A DNA stretch of 64,000 bases, taken from NCBI GenBank assembly GCA_964398775.1, contig CAYNND010000005.1, forward strand, positions 5,266-69,265, written 5' to 3'. The notes below the pieces were generated by a model. It saw only the letters and a list, made by a program, of their open reading frames with translations. It was not told where the DNA came from and did not search any database. The stretch is from an uncultured Candidatus Saccharibacteria bacterium (lineage in GTDB: Bacteria; Patescibacteriota; Minisyncoccia; Phycocordibacterales; UBA2100). Each line of letters starts with the position of its first letter. Within the stretch, counting starts at the first letter, position 1. Made by a program: the position numbers and the translations under genes. Of the stretch, positions 19,791-29,677 are shown piece after piece.

Positions 19791-20476
19791 CGAAGTGGGA
19801 CGAGCAATTTTTGAGAAGTCTTGATATGGGAATGGGTTCGTATCACCAGCGTCTTCGTACTGCCCCCGTCGATTAGCACTGGTACATAGTTTGTCATAAT
19901 GGGAAATGACATAGATGCTTCAAGTGTTTGCATAAGTTCAGTTTCTGTCTGCGGCCTCCGCAGTTCAGATTCCCCAGTCTTTGAGTTCTTCACTTGAAAA
20001 TATGTTTCAATTTCAGAGTTTATAACTCGTGATGCGTTGAGTTTTTTATGCTCTGAGCCTTGAAGCTTTCCAGCAAAGACTGTGTGCACAAGCCAGTGCA
20101 CGTCCATGATTGGCTTCCCTTCTTTTCTTCGCTTGAGGTCGAAGAACTGCGCGCGTGTGCACTCATCAGGATATATTGTGCAGCCTATGCCTGCCTTCTC
20201 TGCGGCACCATATGCCGCAGCAGCAGCCCCGGTCGATGAGCCAAGTATTGCATGAAAGCCTTGAGTGAGCCGCATGTGCTCTAATTTTGCCATGCCATAC
20301 CCACCACTGACGCCATCAAGTCCACCAGGCAATATTGCAATGCAAGGTCGCGCAGTCGGCTTCTCGCCACGTGCACGTTCTTGCGCAGAGCGAACAAGCT
20401 CATAGATCACCCGTTCAGCCTCAAACGCCTCATGATGAGTGAAATCACGTATATCACGTTGTGTGTCTAAACTCAT
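19787..20476 (-). CDS. Patatin-like phospholipase (compact, 229 aa)
   Basis: Oxyanion Gly-rich loop GGLDGVSGGYG, nucleophile elbow GSSTG (GxSxG), catalytic Asp in the DGG motif (VLIDGGS). Confidence 0.7.
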   Translation of the reverse strand: MSLDTQRDIRDFTHHEAFEAERVIYELVRSAQERARGEKPTARPCIAILPGGLDGVSGGYGMAKLEHMRLTQGFHAILGSSTGAAAAAYGAAEKAGIGCTIYPDECTRAQFFDLKRRKEGKPIMDVHWLVHTVFAGKLQGSEHKKLNASRVINSEIETYFQVKNSKTGESELRRPQTETELMQTLEASMSFPIMTNYVPVLIDGGSTKTLVIRTHSHIKTSQKLLVPLR

Positions 20477-20489
20477 ACAGGAATAAAAC

Positions 20490-22103
20490 TTACGCTATTG
20501 GAAGTTCTGCAATAAATGTCGAACCTTTTCCTTCGCCAGCTGATTCTGCCCATACTTTTCCTTTATGGGCTTCTATCATTTGTTTTGCTACATACAAACC
20601 AAGCCCAGTTCCAGACACGTTAACTCCAGATGCACCCCGAGCACGCACGAATTTGTCGAAAAGCTTCGGGAGCTCATCCGCTGGTATGCCCACACCACTA
20701 TCAGATATCGACACTCGAACATAGCCGCCAACAACTTCTGCAGAGATGCGAACCCACCCTTCTCGAGTGTACTTTATTGAGTTATCAATCAAATTACTGA
20801 CGACATGCTTTAGTTTTCCATAATCTGCATGGACAAGAAAATCAGTGTCAGGTACTTCATACTTAAGTATGAGCCCTTTCCGTTCTGCGCCAGCTTTTAA
20901 TTCGTCAAAGACCTCCTTTGTCAGTTTCTGAATCGGAAAATCAGTCATATCATAAACCATTCTTCCTTGATCAATGCGTGATACGCTCAAAAAGTCTTCA
21001 ATAGTGCCATTCATCAGCATTCCAGATTGGAGCACTTTTCCAAGAACTTCTTTTATTTTATCTGAAATTTCGCCAAATGAACCACCAAGAACTAGGGATG
21101 TATACCCAGTCATTGCGCCAAGCGGTGTACGAAGCTGGTGTGTTGCAATTGAAAGAAATTCCGACTTTTGCCTACTCAGTTCTTCAAGTTTGCTGTTTGT
21201 TGCTTCTAGTTCAATCTTCTGCCGCTCAAGTATTTCTTTTGACTCAATTTCTTTACCAATACTTTTAGAGAGAATATACCCGAGAATACCACTGGTGAGG
21301 AGTGTGAATGTGTTCAGTACAAGATCAGTAGTTCCTTGCGAGGTTATAAGTCGCAGGAGTAGCGTTGTGCAAAGTAAAAAGATAAACAATTGAGCGAAAA
21401 TCAGCTTAAAATTGAATATTTTATACTTGAATATGGCTATTGCTGTTACGAGCACAAAGCTTATGCTAAATATAGGACCGTAGGAATGCATTGAAATGAC
21501 GTGGAAGTATGGAAGTATTAGATTAAACAGCAATGCCATGATTGTTGATGGAAATGTTCCAACTGCAATTATTTTCAACTGTCTTCGCAATGAGTAGTCG
21601 TTACTCATGCGTATCACTTGTATGATTCGGTAAAATACCAAAATCATGTTGAGTATAAGCACACTAAGGTAGAATAAGTAGATTGGTCCTAGATAGTATG
21701 TATGCATGCGAGTCTCACTTGCAACCACATACATGAAATCATCTGAAAATGTAATGATAGCGGCGAAGCTGTTTAGTGCTGTGTATACGACAAACCACCA
21801 ATTCGATTTGAGGCTTTTACCGTCTGTAAACTCAATGACAAACAAATAGTAGAAGTATGTAAGGAGTGCCCCACACATAAAGGTCATTTTTGCGGTGAGT
21901 TCGACGAGCCAGGGCTCTGTTTGAAGATTAAAGACAAGGATACACAGCACCCACAATAGTAAGAAAAAGACCGAAGCTGCAAAAAAACGAGAATGGTTTC
22001 CTCTACGTATGGTTAGAAGTAGCAAGATAAGGAGTAGTGTGTAGACAAAACCCGCAACAACAAGTAAATAGTTTTCAAGCAGTTGTGTTTTCCACTCAAA
22101 CAT
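20490..22103 (-). CDS. Sensor histidine kinase with N-terminal polytopic (about 7TM) sensor domain; orphan (no adjacent response regulator)
   Basis: HisKA H-box SIATHQLRTPL; HATPase_c G-boxes (DSGVGIP, GTGLGLYVAK). Confidence 0.85.
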   Translation of the reverse strand: MFEWKTQLLENYLLVVAGFVYTLLLILLLLTIRRGNHSRFFAASVFFLLLWVLCILVFNLQTEPWLVELTAKMTFMCGALLTYFYYLFVIEFTDGKSLKSNWWFVVYTALNSFAAIITFSDDFMYVVASETRMHTYYLGPIYLFYLSVLILNMILVFYRIIQVIRMSNDYSLRRQLKIIAVGTFPSTIMALLFNLILPYFHVISMHSYGPIFSISFVLVTAIAIFKYKIFNFKLIFAQLFIFLLCTTLLLRLITSQGTTDLVLNTFTLLTSGILGYILSKSIGKEIESKEILERQKIELEATNSKLEELSRQKSEFLSIATHQLRTPLGAMTGYTSLVLGGSFGEISDKIKEVLGKVLQSGMLMNGTIEDFLSVSRIDQGRMVYDMTDFPIQKLTKEVFDELKAGAERKGLILKYEVPDTDFLVHADYGKLKHVVSNLIDNSIKYTREGWVRISAEVVGGYVRVSISDSGVGIPADELPKLFDKFVRARGASGVNVSGTGLGLYVAKQMIEAHKGKVWAESAGEGKGSTFIAELPIA

Positions 22104-22122
22104 AGATCAGTATAAGTATATA

Positions 22123-23286
22123 CTATCTTTTGAAGAAGAAGTCAGTGTGTTCATAGAATATTGTGTGTTCCATTTCGTGAGTCTCTTTTTGTACGAGTGT
22201 CAGGGTATTACTGATATCGTGCGTAAAGCTCGATGAAATATAGTAATTGTAATATGAGATTTTCTTTGTAAAATCACTAAGAAATGGAATAATTTTTCCT
22301 AAGAAAAGCAATAAATTAATGTATGTTTTTGCAGCCCATTCAGGTGCTGGAATTGCCAAAAATGAAATACGTGCGCCAGCTGATGTGTGCAGCAATATTT
22401 GACTAAACGGAACTGGAGTAGGGTTTGAGAGTTGAAATGTTGAAATAGTGTTACTACTCCCTTCTGTAATAAGTTTTTTGTATGTAATCGAAACTATAGC
22501 AGCAGATACCCATTCTGTTGAAACCAAATCCATCGCACATGTCCGTGAATAAACAAAGGGAATATGTGTTGTCAGGACGCCTTCAGCACTGAGGCGCATG
22601 CCAAATACAGTGGCAAGCAGCGGGTGTGCATGCACAAAGACGGCTAAGTGTTTTCTGAGACGAATCAGTGATTTTGCAAGTACAAAAAAACCAAAATTGT
22701 ACAAATGGGATTTTTCACTCGATATAAGTATGCCAGGCCTGAATATTACTACTGAGTGTGATTTTGAAAATGCATTTTGTATGTAGTGCTCCGAAAGAAA
22801 TTTTGATTCCTCGTAATAGTTATTGAAACTACTCGGTTGAATCAACTCATCTTCCTTCAAGATGCCTGTCCTATTCCCGTGCACAAATGCTGTGCTTACA
22901 AAACCAAATGGCACCCCCAATTCTTTACACACATCATATATTTGTGATGTTGCAGTGTAGTTGTCATTCATTACCTGTTCTTTATCGCGGCTTTTGAATG
23001 AAAGATTTGCAGCAGAGTGTAGAAAACAGAGTGGTTGTAGAAGTTCGAGGTGGTGCTTCAACGCACGCGTATCAACATTTGAAAGTGAAAACTCATAGTA
23101 TTTGCAACCATGCAAAAGCTCCTCATATTCACTACCAAGGTGATGTTTTATGCGTAATTCAAGGCTTTCATGCTCTGAACTTCTTCCGAGAAAAATGATT
23201 TTGTAACCGTCACTTAGAAATTGTCTCGCGACATGCTTTGCAAGAATGCCAGTTGCTCCAGTTAGCGCGATGTATTTAACATTCAT
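22123..23286 (-). CDS. NAD(P)-binding thioester-reductase / fatty-acyl reductase-like protein (extended SDR, NAD_binding_4-like)
   Basis: IALTGATGILAKH Rossmann motif, YEESK (YxxxK) catalytic motif. About 390-aa length is typical of terminal reductase domains. The gene is distinctly AT-rich. Confidence 0.55.
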   Translation of the reverse strand: MNVKYIALTGATGILAKHVARQFLSDGYKIIFLGRSSEHESLELRIKHHLGSEYEELLHGCKYYEFSLSNVDTRALKHHLELLQPLCFLHSAANLSFKSRDKEQVMNDNYTATSQIYDVCKELGVPFGFVSTAFVHGNRTGILKEDELIQPSSFNNYYEESKFLSEHYIQNAFSKSHSVVIFRPGILISSEKSHLYNFGFFVLAKSLIRLRKHLAVFVHAHPLLATVFGMRLSAEGVLTTHIPFVYSRTCAMDLVSTEWVSAAIVSITYKKLITEGSSNTISTFQLSNPTPVPFSQILLHTSAGARISFLAIPAPEWAAKTYINLLLFLGKIIPFLSDFTKKISYYNYYISSSFTHDISNTLTLVQKETHEMEHTIFYEHTDFFFKR

Positions 23287-23313
23287 TGAGCAATAATACC
23301 ACGTGTAGTAGTT

Positions 23314-23979
23314 CTAACCGAGAATATCACGAGAGATAGATCGGTAATGCTCTGCATCGTTCTCTTGTGTCATGTTTGTTTTTGGTTCGTATTCTTTCAG
23401 TTTTCGGCAAGTAACGCTATATGCTCCATTGTGTCTTACAATATTGATTGGTGCGATTACACATGGAGTTGTCATTGCTATGTAACCTGCCCCCCCGTGC
23501 ATTTTACCACTCGTAATACCACCTTCAGGAAAGATTGCGACTATTCGCTTCTCAGCAAGTAATGTGAGGTGATTGCTGAGTGAGATGGAGTAATCATGAC
23601 GTCCTCTCTGGATTCTCCATGCACCTATTGAGTTCATGACAAAGTCACTTGACATAAAGTATCTCAGAAAACCAAATGAAGTCGACTTAAAGTGCTCTGC
23701 GGTATTTGTAACAAAGAAGATTGGTGAAAAGGCGTACTTTGTGTGAACGAGTGCACATTGGATGTATGCAAAGTCGAGCATGCTTACATGATTTGCCGCA
23801 ATAAGGATTCCACATCCTTTTGCGTGAGCCGAATCTAGTGCTTCTTGCAGATTGTCGGCATTGTGAATTCTCATGCCCGTTGTCAGGTACAGAATAGGGT
23901 ACACGCACAACCTGAATATGTTTTGCGTTACTACTGTTACGTAAATAAAGATACGAGATACGCTAATGCTTTTCGTCAT
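23314..23979 (-). CDS. PlsC/LPLAT-family acyltransferase (1-acyl-glycerol-3-phosphate acyltransferase-like)
   Basis: HxxxxD motif (ANHVSMLD) and FPEGG motif. The ORF is open to 24069; the likely start is MTKS. Confidence 0.75.
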   Translation of the reverse strand: MTKSISVSRIFIYVTVVTQNIFRLCVYPILYLTTGMRIHNADNLQEALDSAHAKGCGILIAANHVSMLDFAYIQCALVHTKYAFSPIFFVTNTAEHFKSTSFGFLRYFMSSDFVMNSIGAWRIQRGRHDYSISLSNHLTLLAEKRIVAIFPEGGITSGKMHGGAGYIAMTTPCVIAPINIVRHNGAYSVTCRKLKEYEPKTNMTQENDAEHYRSISRDILG

Positions 23980-24463
23980 GGAAAATTGTGTTCGCTCTGT
24001 CTTCTGGATGTAGCAAATCTCTGTGCTCCTCATCGAGGTGCCACACAGAAGAATCGATAGCTGCATCATCGTACGAGCATTTTTTATCGTGATTGAAAGG
24101 ACACCACCAATTTTCTACAATTTTAACCAAATAGAGCAAGTATGATATGAGAGCAATCGTCAGTGGGCAGTACATTTTACAGTTAAACACCCAGTACCAT
24201 CTGAAGTTACTTATCACATACCCTTTGTAAACAATTTGATTGTCGAGTGTGTATCGGTGGGATGCCCATTTTGGTGCAAAATCCTTCCAATACGATTTGA
24301 GGTCATGTGCCCCAATGAATTTGAGGTGTGTGCGAACAAGGAGCACGCCAAGTATCATAAAAGGTACTGACGTCAGTATTGGAAGATAGATGAGAGGTAT
24401 TGCAATAAATTTTTTCCAGAAGGGCTGCTTAGCAAAGCCAGATGCAATATGTACTCGTTTCAT
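23963..24463 (-). CDS. Hypothetical membrane protein
   Basis: Two to three hydrophobic segments; Trp/Cys-rich C-terminal region; no recognised family. Confidence 0.4.
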   Translation of the reverse strand: MKRVHIASGFAKQPFWKKFIAIPLIYLPILTSVPFMILGVLLVRTHLKFIGAHDLKSYWKDFAPKWASHRYTLDNQIVYKGYVISNFRWYWVFNCKMYCPLTIALISYLLYLVKIVENWWCPFNHDKKCSYDDAAIDSSVWHLDEEHRDLLHPEDRANTIFHDEKH

Positions 24464-24480
24464 GGATGCCAGATAGAATA

Positions 24481-24966
24481 CTACACCTTACGTGAGAATG
24501 CTATCGCTGTGATGCCCGCAAGTAATACAAATAAAAGTGATGACTCACCTGTTACGAATTGACCAAGGAACGGGCCAAAGGTGAAAATTGAACTCATAGG
24601 TACTACTCGAGTTACCACAAAAGCTGACAATAGAGCCACTCCAGCAGCAGCCATGGCTACTTTTGGAAATCGCTTTGTATCATCTATGCCTGATGTTGAG
24701 TGACGTACTGCCCAGAATGAAAACGCAAGCATAAGCAGGAAAAAAGTAGCCTCTATAGGTACAGGCAATATGCCAAGCAGTGCTTGTATAAAGTTTGGCA
24801 CCAATAGCTTCCCTGCTGATAGTGTTGAGAGAAAAGATGCAACGACAAGCGCAATTCCAATTTCTGATACAATCTGAACTCCTCTTACAAGTCCAGCTGC
24901 AAGTGCGCTTGCAAATACTATCGTTAGAAACAATATGTCTGACGATATGCCAAAAATAAAATCCAT
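24481..24966 (-). CDS. Small 4-TM membrane protein (CvpA-like?)
   Basis: 161 aa with four hydrophobic helices. The family assignment is a guess. Confidence 0.4.
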   Translation of the reverse strand: MDFIFGISSDILFLTIVFASALAAGLVRGVQIVSEIGIALVVASFLSTLSAGKLLVPNFIQALLGILPVPIEATFFLLMLAFSFWAVRHSTSGIDDTKRFPKVAMAAAGVALLSAFVVTRVVPMSSIFTFGPFLGQFVTGESSLLFVLLAGITAIAFSRKV

Positions 24967-25007
24967 GTACTTAGTATACCTTGAAAAATTTTAGAACAAT
25001 ATAATAT

Positions 25008-26111
25008 CTACAGCCCTTCTTTTTGAAGTTCAGTGATAAGCTCCTTAGCATGCTTAGAAAGTTTCTTTGGAATCTCAACGGATATCACAGCAATAAGGTC
25101 ACCACGGCCGCCTCGTGTCGGGAATCCTTTTCCTTTCAGTCTCACCAGATCGCCATGTGAAGCACCTGCTGGTACTGTGATGGTCACATCTCCATCTGGT
25201 GAATGTATTGTGTAATCATGCCCAAGTAGTGCATCAGTAAGCTTGACCGAAAGATGGTGCAGTATGTCATTCCCTGCTCGCTCAAAACGAGCGTCTGATT
25301 TTACGTGAATTCGTGTATACAAGTCACCATTTACTCCACCTGAAGCTGCCTCACCTTTGCCGGTAAGGCGTATAACCTCCCCATCATTAATCCCTCCGGG
25401 AATTGCAATGCGAATCTCCTCCTCTTGCTTATAGACTTTCTGACCTTTGCAGGTACTGCAGGTATCTTTTGGTGTTGTGCCGAGTCCATCGCATGTGTCA
25501 CATGTCTTCATTTGCGTGAATACACCGAGCAGAGAGCGCTTGGTTTCCTTAATTTGTCCGTTGCCGTTGCAGGTAGTGCACGTTACTGTTGCTGTCCCTT
25601 TCCCTCCACTGCCTTTACATTCTGTACATTGTGCAACTTTATTGAGTAGTACTGTGCGTTCAGCTCCAAATATTGAGTCTTTGAATGAAATTTCAATGTC
25701 TATTGATATGTCTCGCCCGCGCTTCTGAGACCTTCTTCCTTGGTTTCTTGAGCCGGCACCGAAAAATTCTCCAAAGATATCACCTAAGTCGAATTCAACT
25801 CCATTTGCTGAAAATGAACCATTGAAGCCTTGCCCTCCAAATTGACTAAAATCAAAGCCTTCGAAGCCACTAAATCCACCACCTTGTGGACCTGCCCCAT
25901 TAAAAGTTTGTCCATAGGTATCATATTCAGCGCGGCGTTTTTTATCAGAGAGTATTGAGTATGCCTCACTCACTTCTTTAAACTTCTTCTCGTCACCACC
26001 TGCCTTATCAGGATGATACTGTTGTGCGAGCTTTCTAAAAGCTTTCTTTATATCCTCTTCGGAAGCGTTCTTTTTTACACCTAAAATATCGTAGTAATTC
26101 TTTGAATTCAT
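25008..26111 (-). CDS. dnaJ: Chaperone DnaJ (Hsp40)
   Basis: J-domain YYDILGV…HPDK, G/F-rich region, four CxxCxGxG zinc-finger repeats. Confidence 0.95.
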   Translation of the reverse strand: MNSKNYYDILGVKKNASEEDIKKAFRKLAQQYHPDKAGGDEKKFKEVSEAYSILSDKKRRAEYDTYGQTFNGAGPQGGGFSGFEGFDFSQFGGQGFNGSFSANGVEFDLGDIFGEFFGAGSRNQGRRSQKRGRDISIDIEISFKDSIFGAERTVLLNKVAQCTECKGSGGKGTATVTCTTCNGNGQIKETKRSLLGVFTQMKTCDTCDGLGTTPKDTCSTCKGQKVYKQEEEIRIAIPGGINDGEVIRLTGKGEAASGGVNGDLYTRIHVKSDARFERAGNDILHHLSVKLTDALLGHDYTIHSPDGDVTITVPAGASHGDLVRLKGKGFPTRGGRGDLIAVISVEIPKKLSKHAKELITELQKEGL

Positions 26112-26147
26112 ATATGTATTATATTCTTTGCAAAGGTGTGTGCAACT

Positions 26148-27401
26148 TTATGCGGAGATACGTTTTTGTAGCACAGTAACTTTCTGCTTTCCACGCTTCA
26201 ATAGTGCAAGTCCATTTTCAAAAAAATCTTTTTCTTTGATTGCAAATTGCAAATCAGTTATTCGTTCAGCGTTGTTGAGTGATACAGCACCTGATTCGAT
26301 AAACTGTCGCGCCTCACGCTTTGATTGGGCGAGTTGTGCTGATACTAATACGTCCACAAGTAGCTCACCAGCCGTTACGAGTATCGATGGAGCATCTTGC
26401 ACGAAAGCAGCCGCATCAGTGATGGTAGAAATATCACCATCACCAAAAAGAATTTTCGATGTGTCTTCAGCGAGTTGTGCAGCCTTAGCGCCATGGACTA
26501 TCTCTGTTGCGGCGTATGCGAGTGAGCGCTGCGCCATGCGCTCACCTGGGTTTTCAGTGTGTGCACGAGCAATTTCAGCGATTTCAACCAGTGTTAGGTC
26601 AGTGAAAATCTTGAGGTAGTCAATTACTGAGTCATCTGATGCGTTGTACCAGAACTGGTAGTAATTGAATGGACTTGTTTTTTTACCATCAAGCCAAACG
26701 GCGTTGCCTTCACTTTTGCCGAATTTTTTCCCTGTTGCTTTATCAATAAGAAGTGGAATTGTTAGTGCGTATGCACTGCCACCTTCCTTTCTTCGAATAA
26801 GATCAACCCCCGCGATTATGTTCCCCCATTGGTCAGAACCTCCTATTTGCACATTACAACCATGGTTTCTGTAGAGATGGAGATAGTCATATGCTTGTAG
26901 TAATGGGTATGAAAATTCTGTATAGGTAATCCCATCCTCACTCTCCATGCGAGCTGCAATTGCATCTTTTTTTACGAGAGCATTTGCCGTAAAGTGTTTC
27001 CCAATATCTCTTAAAAATTCAATATATCCAAGTTTCCCAAGCCAATCGTAGTTATCTGTCATCGTGAGGTTTGGTACTTGTAAAATGCGCGCTGCTTGTG
27101 CGCGAATTGATTCTACGTTTGCTACAATTGTTTCTCGTGGGAGCAATGGTCGCTCTACATTCGGTTTCGGGTCCCCAATCATGCCGGTACCACCTCCAGC
27201 CAAAAAGATGACCTTATGGCCTGCTGTAGCGAGTTTGCGAAGGAGCATTACTGCAACTAGATTGCCAACAGTCATCGAGTCAGATGAGGGATCAACACCA
27301 AGATATACAGTGCGAGCATCTCCATCGAGCATTTCTTCAAGTGTCTCAGTCGAAAATTGGTTTATAAAGCCTCGTTCCTTTAGTTCATGTGAAAGCGACA
27401 T
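26148..27401 (-). CDS. tyrS: Tyrosyl-tRNA synthetase
   Basis: YLGVDPSSDSMTVGNL…LAGGGTGMIGDP (TyrRS-specific block), KFGKS (KMSKS), C-terminal S4-like domain. Confidence 0.9.
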   Translation of the reverse strand: MSLSHELKERGFINQFSTETLEEMLDGDARTVYLGVDPSSDSMTVGNLVAVMLLRKLATAGHKVIFLAGGGTGMIGDPKPNVERPLLPRETIVANVESIRAQAARILQVPNLTMTDNYDWLGKLGYIEFLRDIGKHFTANALVKKDAIAARMESEDGITYTEFSYPLLQAYDYLHLYRNHGCNVQIGGSDQWGNIIAGVDLIRRKEGGSAYALTIPLLIDKATGKKFGKSEGNAVWLDGKKTSPFNYYQFWYNASDDSVIDYLKIFTDLTLVEIAEIARAHTENPGERMAQRSLAYAATEIVHGAKAAQLAEDTSKILFGDGDISTITDAAAFVQDAPSILVTAGELLVDVLVSAQLAQSKREARQFIESGAVSLNNAERITDLQFAIKEKDFFENGLALLKRGKQKVTVLQKRISA

Positions 27402-27437
27402 ATGATGAGTATACTTTATAAAGAAAAAAATGAAAAC

Positions 27438-27725
27438 TTAGTGTAACGACTGCCAACTTCCACCGTTAATAGCTACTACTCCATGCGCTGCAAGCATTCG
27501 GACAGCCTGAGCGCTTCTTCCACCTGAAAAACATACTATGACAATTGGTTTTGCACTAGCTGTAAGTACTTCAATCTGAGATTGCAGTGCATTGAGTGGT
27601 ATGTTCACCGAACCTACGTAATGTCCTGCTGCAAACTCATCGGTACTTCGAACATCAACCACAAGAGCTCCTTTTAAAAGGAGCTCTTGTAGAGAAAATG
27701 TTGGTTCAGCATTTGTACCAAGCAT
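27438..27725 (-). CDS. Single-domain rhodanese-like sulfurtransferase
   Basis: Active-site loop CFSGGRS with catalytic Cys; 95 aa. Confidence 0.75.
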   Translation of the reverse strand: MLGTNAEPTFSLQELLLKGALVVDVRSTDEFAAGHYVGSVNIPLNALQSQIEVLTASAKPIVIVCFSGGRSAQAVRMLAAHGVVAINGGSWQSLH

Positions 27726-27727
27726 GC

Positions 27728-29581
27728 TTACTGTTGCTGATTTTCCTGCCCTCCTTGTGGTGCCTCAGCACCAGCCCCTGCGTCTTTTTGCATTGCCGGA
27801 CCAATTTCCTGCATTGCCATTCCGAGTGCTTCGGTAGCGTTTTTAATAGAGTCCATATCATCTTTCTGGAGTGCTTCACGTAAATCCTTTATTTTACCTT
27901 CCACTTTTGACTTTATGTCAGCTTGCACCTTATCACCATGTTCTTTCAGTGATTTCTCTGCTTGGTATGCTACTTGTTCACCGAAATTCTTCACTTCAAC
28001 CATTTCTTTTTTCTTCTTGTCCTCCTCAGCATGCAATTCTGCGTCTTTCGTCATTCGCTCAATATCATCTTTTGAAAGACCTGAACTACCCTTTATCTCA
28101 ATTGATTGCTGCTTACCTGTTGTTTTTTCTACAGCAGACACTTTGAGGATTCCGTTTGCATCAATATCAAAGCTAACTTCAATCTGAGGAACGCCTCGAG
28201 GTGATGGTGGTATACCATCAAGCAAGAAACGTCCAAGAGAACGGTTATCTCCAGCCATCTCTCGCTCACCTTGAACTACGTTGATATCAACTGAAGGTTG
28301 GTTGTCAGAGTATGTAGAGAAAACTTGAGTTTTGCTTGTTGGTATTGTTGTGTTTCGCATGATGAGCTTTGTAGCAACTCCACCCGCGGTCTCGATTCCA
28401 AGCGAAAGCGGTATAACATCAAGAAGTAGAACATCTTTAACATCTCCCTGAAGAATTCCTGCTTGGATTGCGGCACCGACGGCGACGACTTCATCCGGGT
28501 TAATCGTCTTGTTTGGTTCTTTTCCAAAGTAATTCTTAACCGCATCAACTATCGCTGGCATACGTGTCTGTCCTCCTACAAGGATCACTTGGTGTATATC
28601 ACCAATCTTAAACGGTGATGCCTCAAGAGTATCTTTTGTGATCTTCATTGAGCGCGCGATGTACTCTGATGCGAGTTCTTCAAGTTTTGCCCGTGTGAGC
28701 TTCATGAGAAGGTGTTGAGGGCCATCTGCAGTTGAAGTAATGAACGGAATGTTGATTTCTGCTTCAACAGTAGTTGAAAGTTCAATTTTTGCCTTTTCAG
28801 CAGCCTCATCAATTCGCTGGAGGGCCAGTGCGTCCTTGCCAACATCAATACCACTTTCTCTTTTGAATGAATCAACAATATGGTGAATAATTTTCTGGTC
28901 AATATCGCGGCCACCCATGTGAGAATCGCCACCTGTCGCTTTCACTTCAATCACATCGTCACCCACTTCAAGAACTGAAACATCAAAAGTACCACCACCA
29001 AAGTCATAGACTACTATCTTCTCTTCCTTTTTTGAGTTAAACCCGTAGGCAAGTGCTGCAGCGGTCGGCTCATTGATGATTCGCTTTACATCAAGACCTG
29101 CAATTGCACCGGCATCCTTTGTCGCTTTTCTTTGATCGTCATTGAAGTATGCAGGAACAGTAATAACTGCTTCAGTGATTGTTTCGCCTGTTTTTGCTTC
29201 TGCATCAGCTTTGAGCTTCGCGAGTACCATTGCAGAAATTTCTTCAGGTCGGTACTCCTTGTCGCCAATAACTGCAATAACTCCGCCATCCTTACCAGCT
29301 TTTAGTGTATATGGAACTGCGGTAAGGTCTTTCTGAACTTCTGGGTCACTAAATTTGTGACCAATATATCGCTTAATGCCGTAAATAGTATTTTTTGGAT
29401 TCGTGACTGACTGTCGCTTAGCGATAACACCTACAAGTCTGTCACCGTTTTTTGAGATTCCAACAACTGATGGAGTTGTGCGTGCACCTTCTATGTTTTC
29501 AAGAATGGTAGGCTGACCTGCTTGAATGATTGCCATTGCAGAGTTTGTTGTCCCGAGGTCTATACCAAGTATTTTTGCCAT
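27728..29581 (-). CDS. dnaK: Chaperone DnaK (Hsp70)
   Basis: [14 protein letters not shown]…, DLGGGTFD, full Hsp70 ATPase plus substrate-binding domains. Confidence 0.97.
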   Translation of the reverse strand: MAKILGIDLGTTNSAMAIIQAGQPTILENIEGARTTPSVVGISKNGDRLVGVIAKRQSVTNPKNTIYGIKRYIGHKFSDPEVQKDLTAVPYTLKAGKDGGVIAVIGDKEYRPEEISAMVLAKLKADAEAKTGETITEAVITVPAYFNDDQRKATKDAGAIAGLDVKRIINEPTAAALAYGFNSKKEEKIVVYDFGGGTFDVSVLEVGDDVIEVKATGGDSHMGGRDIDQKIIHHIVDSFKRESGIDVGKDALALQRIDEAAEKAKIELSTTVEAEINIPFITSTADGPQHLLMKLTRAKLEELASEYIARSMKITKDTLEASPFKIGDIHQVILVGGQTRMPAIVDAVKNYFGKEPNKTINPDEVVAVGAAIQAGILQGDVKDVLLLDVIPLSLGIETAGGVATKLIMRNTTIPTSKTQVFSTYSDNQPSVDINVVQGEREMAGDNRSLGRFLLDGIPPSPRGVPQIEVSFDIDANGILKVSAVEKTTGKQQSIEIKGSSGLSKDDIERMTKDAELHAEEDKKKKEMVEVKNFGEQVAYQAEKSLKEHGDKVQADIKSKVEGKIKDLREALQKDDMDSIKNATEALGMAMQEIGPAMQKDAGAGAEAPQGGQENQQQ

Positions 29582-29630
29582 ATGTAATGTAGTTAAAATA
29601 TAAAGATTCCTTTCGGATGCCCTATATTAA

Positions 29631-29674
29631 AACGCTCCAGTAAATTATGCAAGTGGTTTATTTACTGGAGCGTT
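29631..29674. promoter_or_regulatory. 15-bp perfect inverted repeat (AACGCTCCAGTAAAT-N14-ATTTACTGGAGCGTT) between the upstream gene's stop and the dnaK start
   Basis: Seen directly in the sequence. It lies 3 bp after the stop of the 29678..30532 gene and about 50 bp upstream of the dnaK ATG. It could be a terminator, an operator, or both. Confidence 0.5.
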
Positions 29675-29677
29675 GCG

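Noticed and set aside
19581-22103. Patatin + small ORF + kinase as a CBASS-like anti-phage system
   Set aside because: No CD-NTase or cyclase, no nuclease or other effector beyond the patatin; the neighbouring genes are lipid-metabolic. A defence-system interpretation is unsupported.
29631-29674. dnaK upstream inverted repeat as a CIRCE (HrcA) operator
   Set aside because: The sequence does not match the CIRCE consensus TTAGCACTC-N9-GAGTGCTAA; it is retained only as an unclassified inverted repeat.
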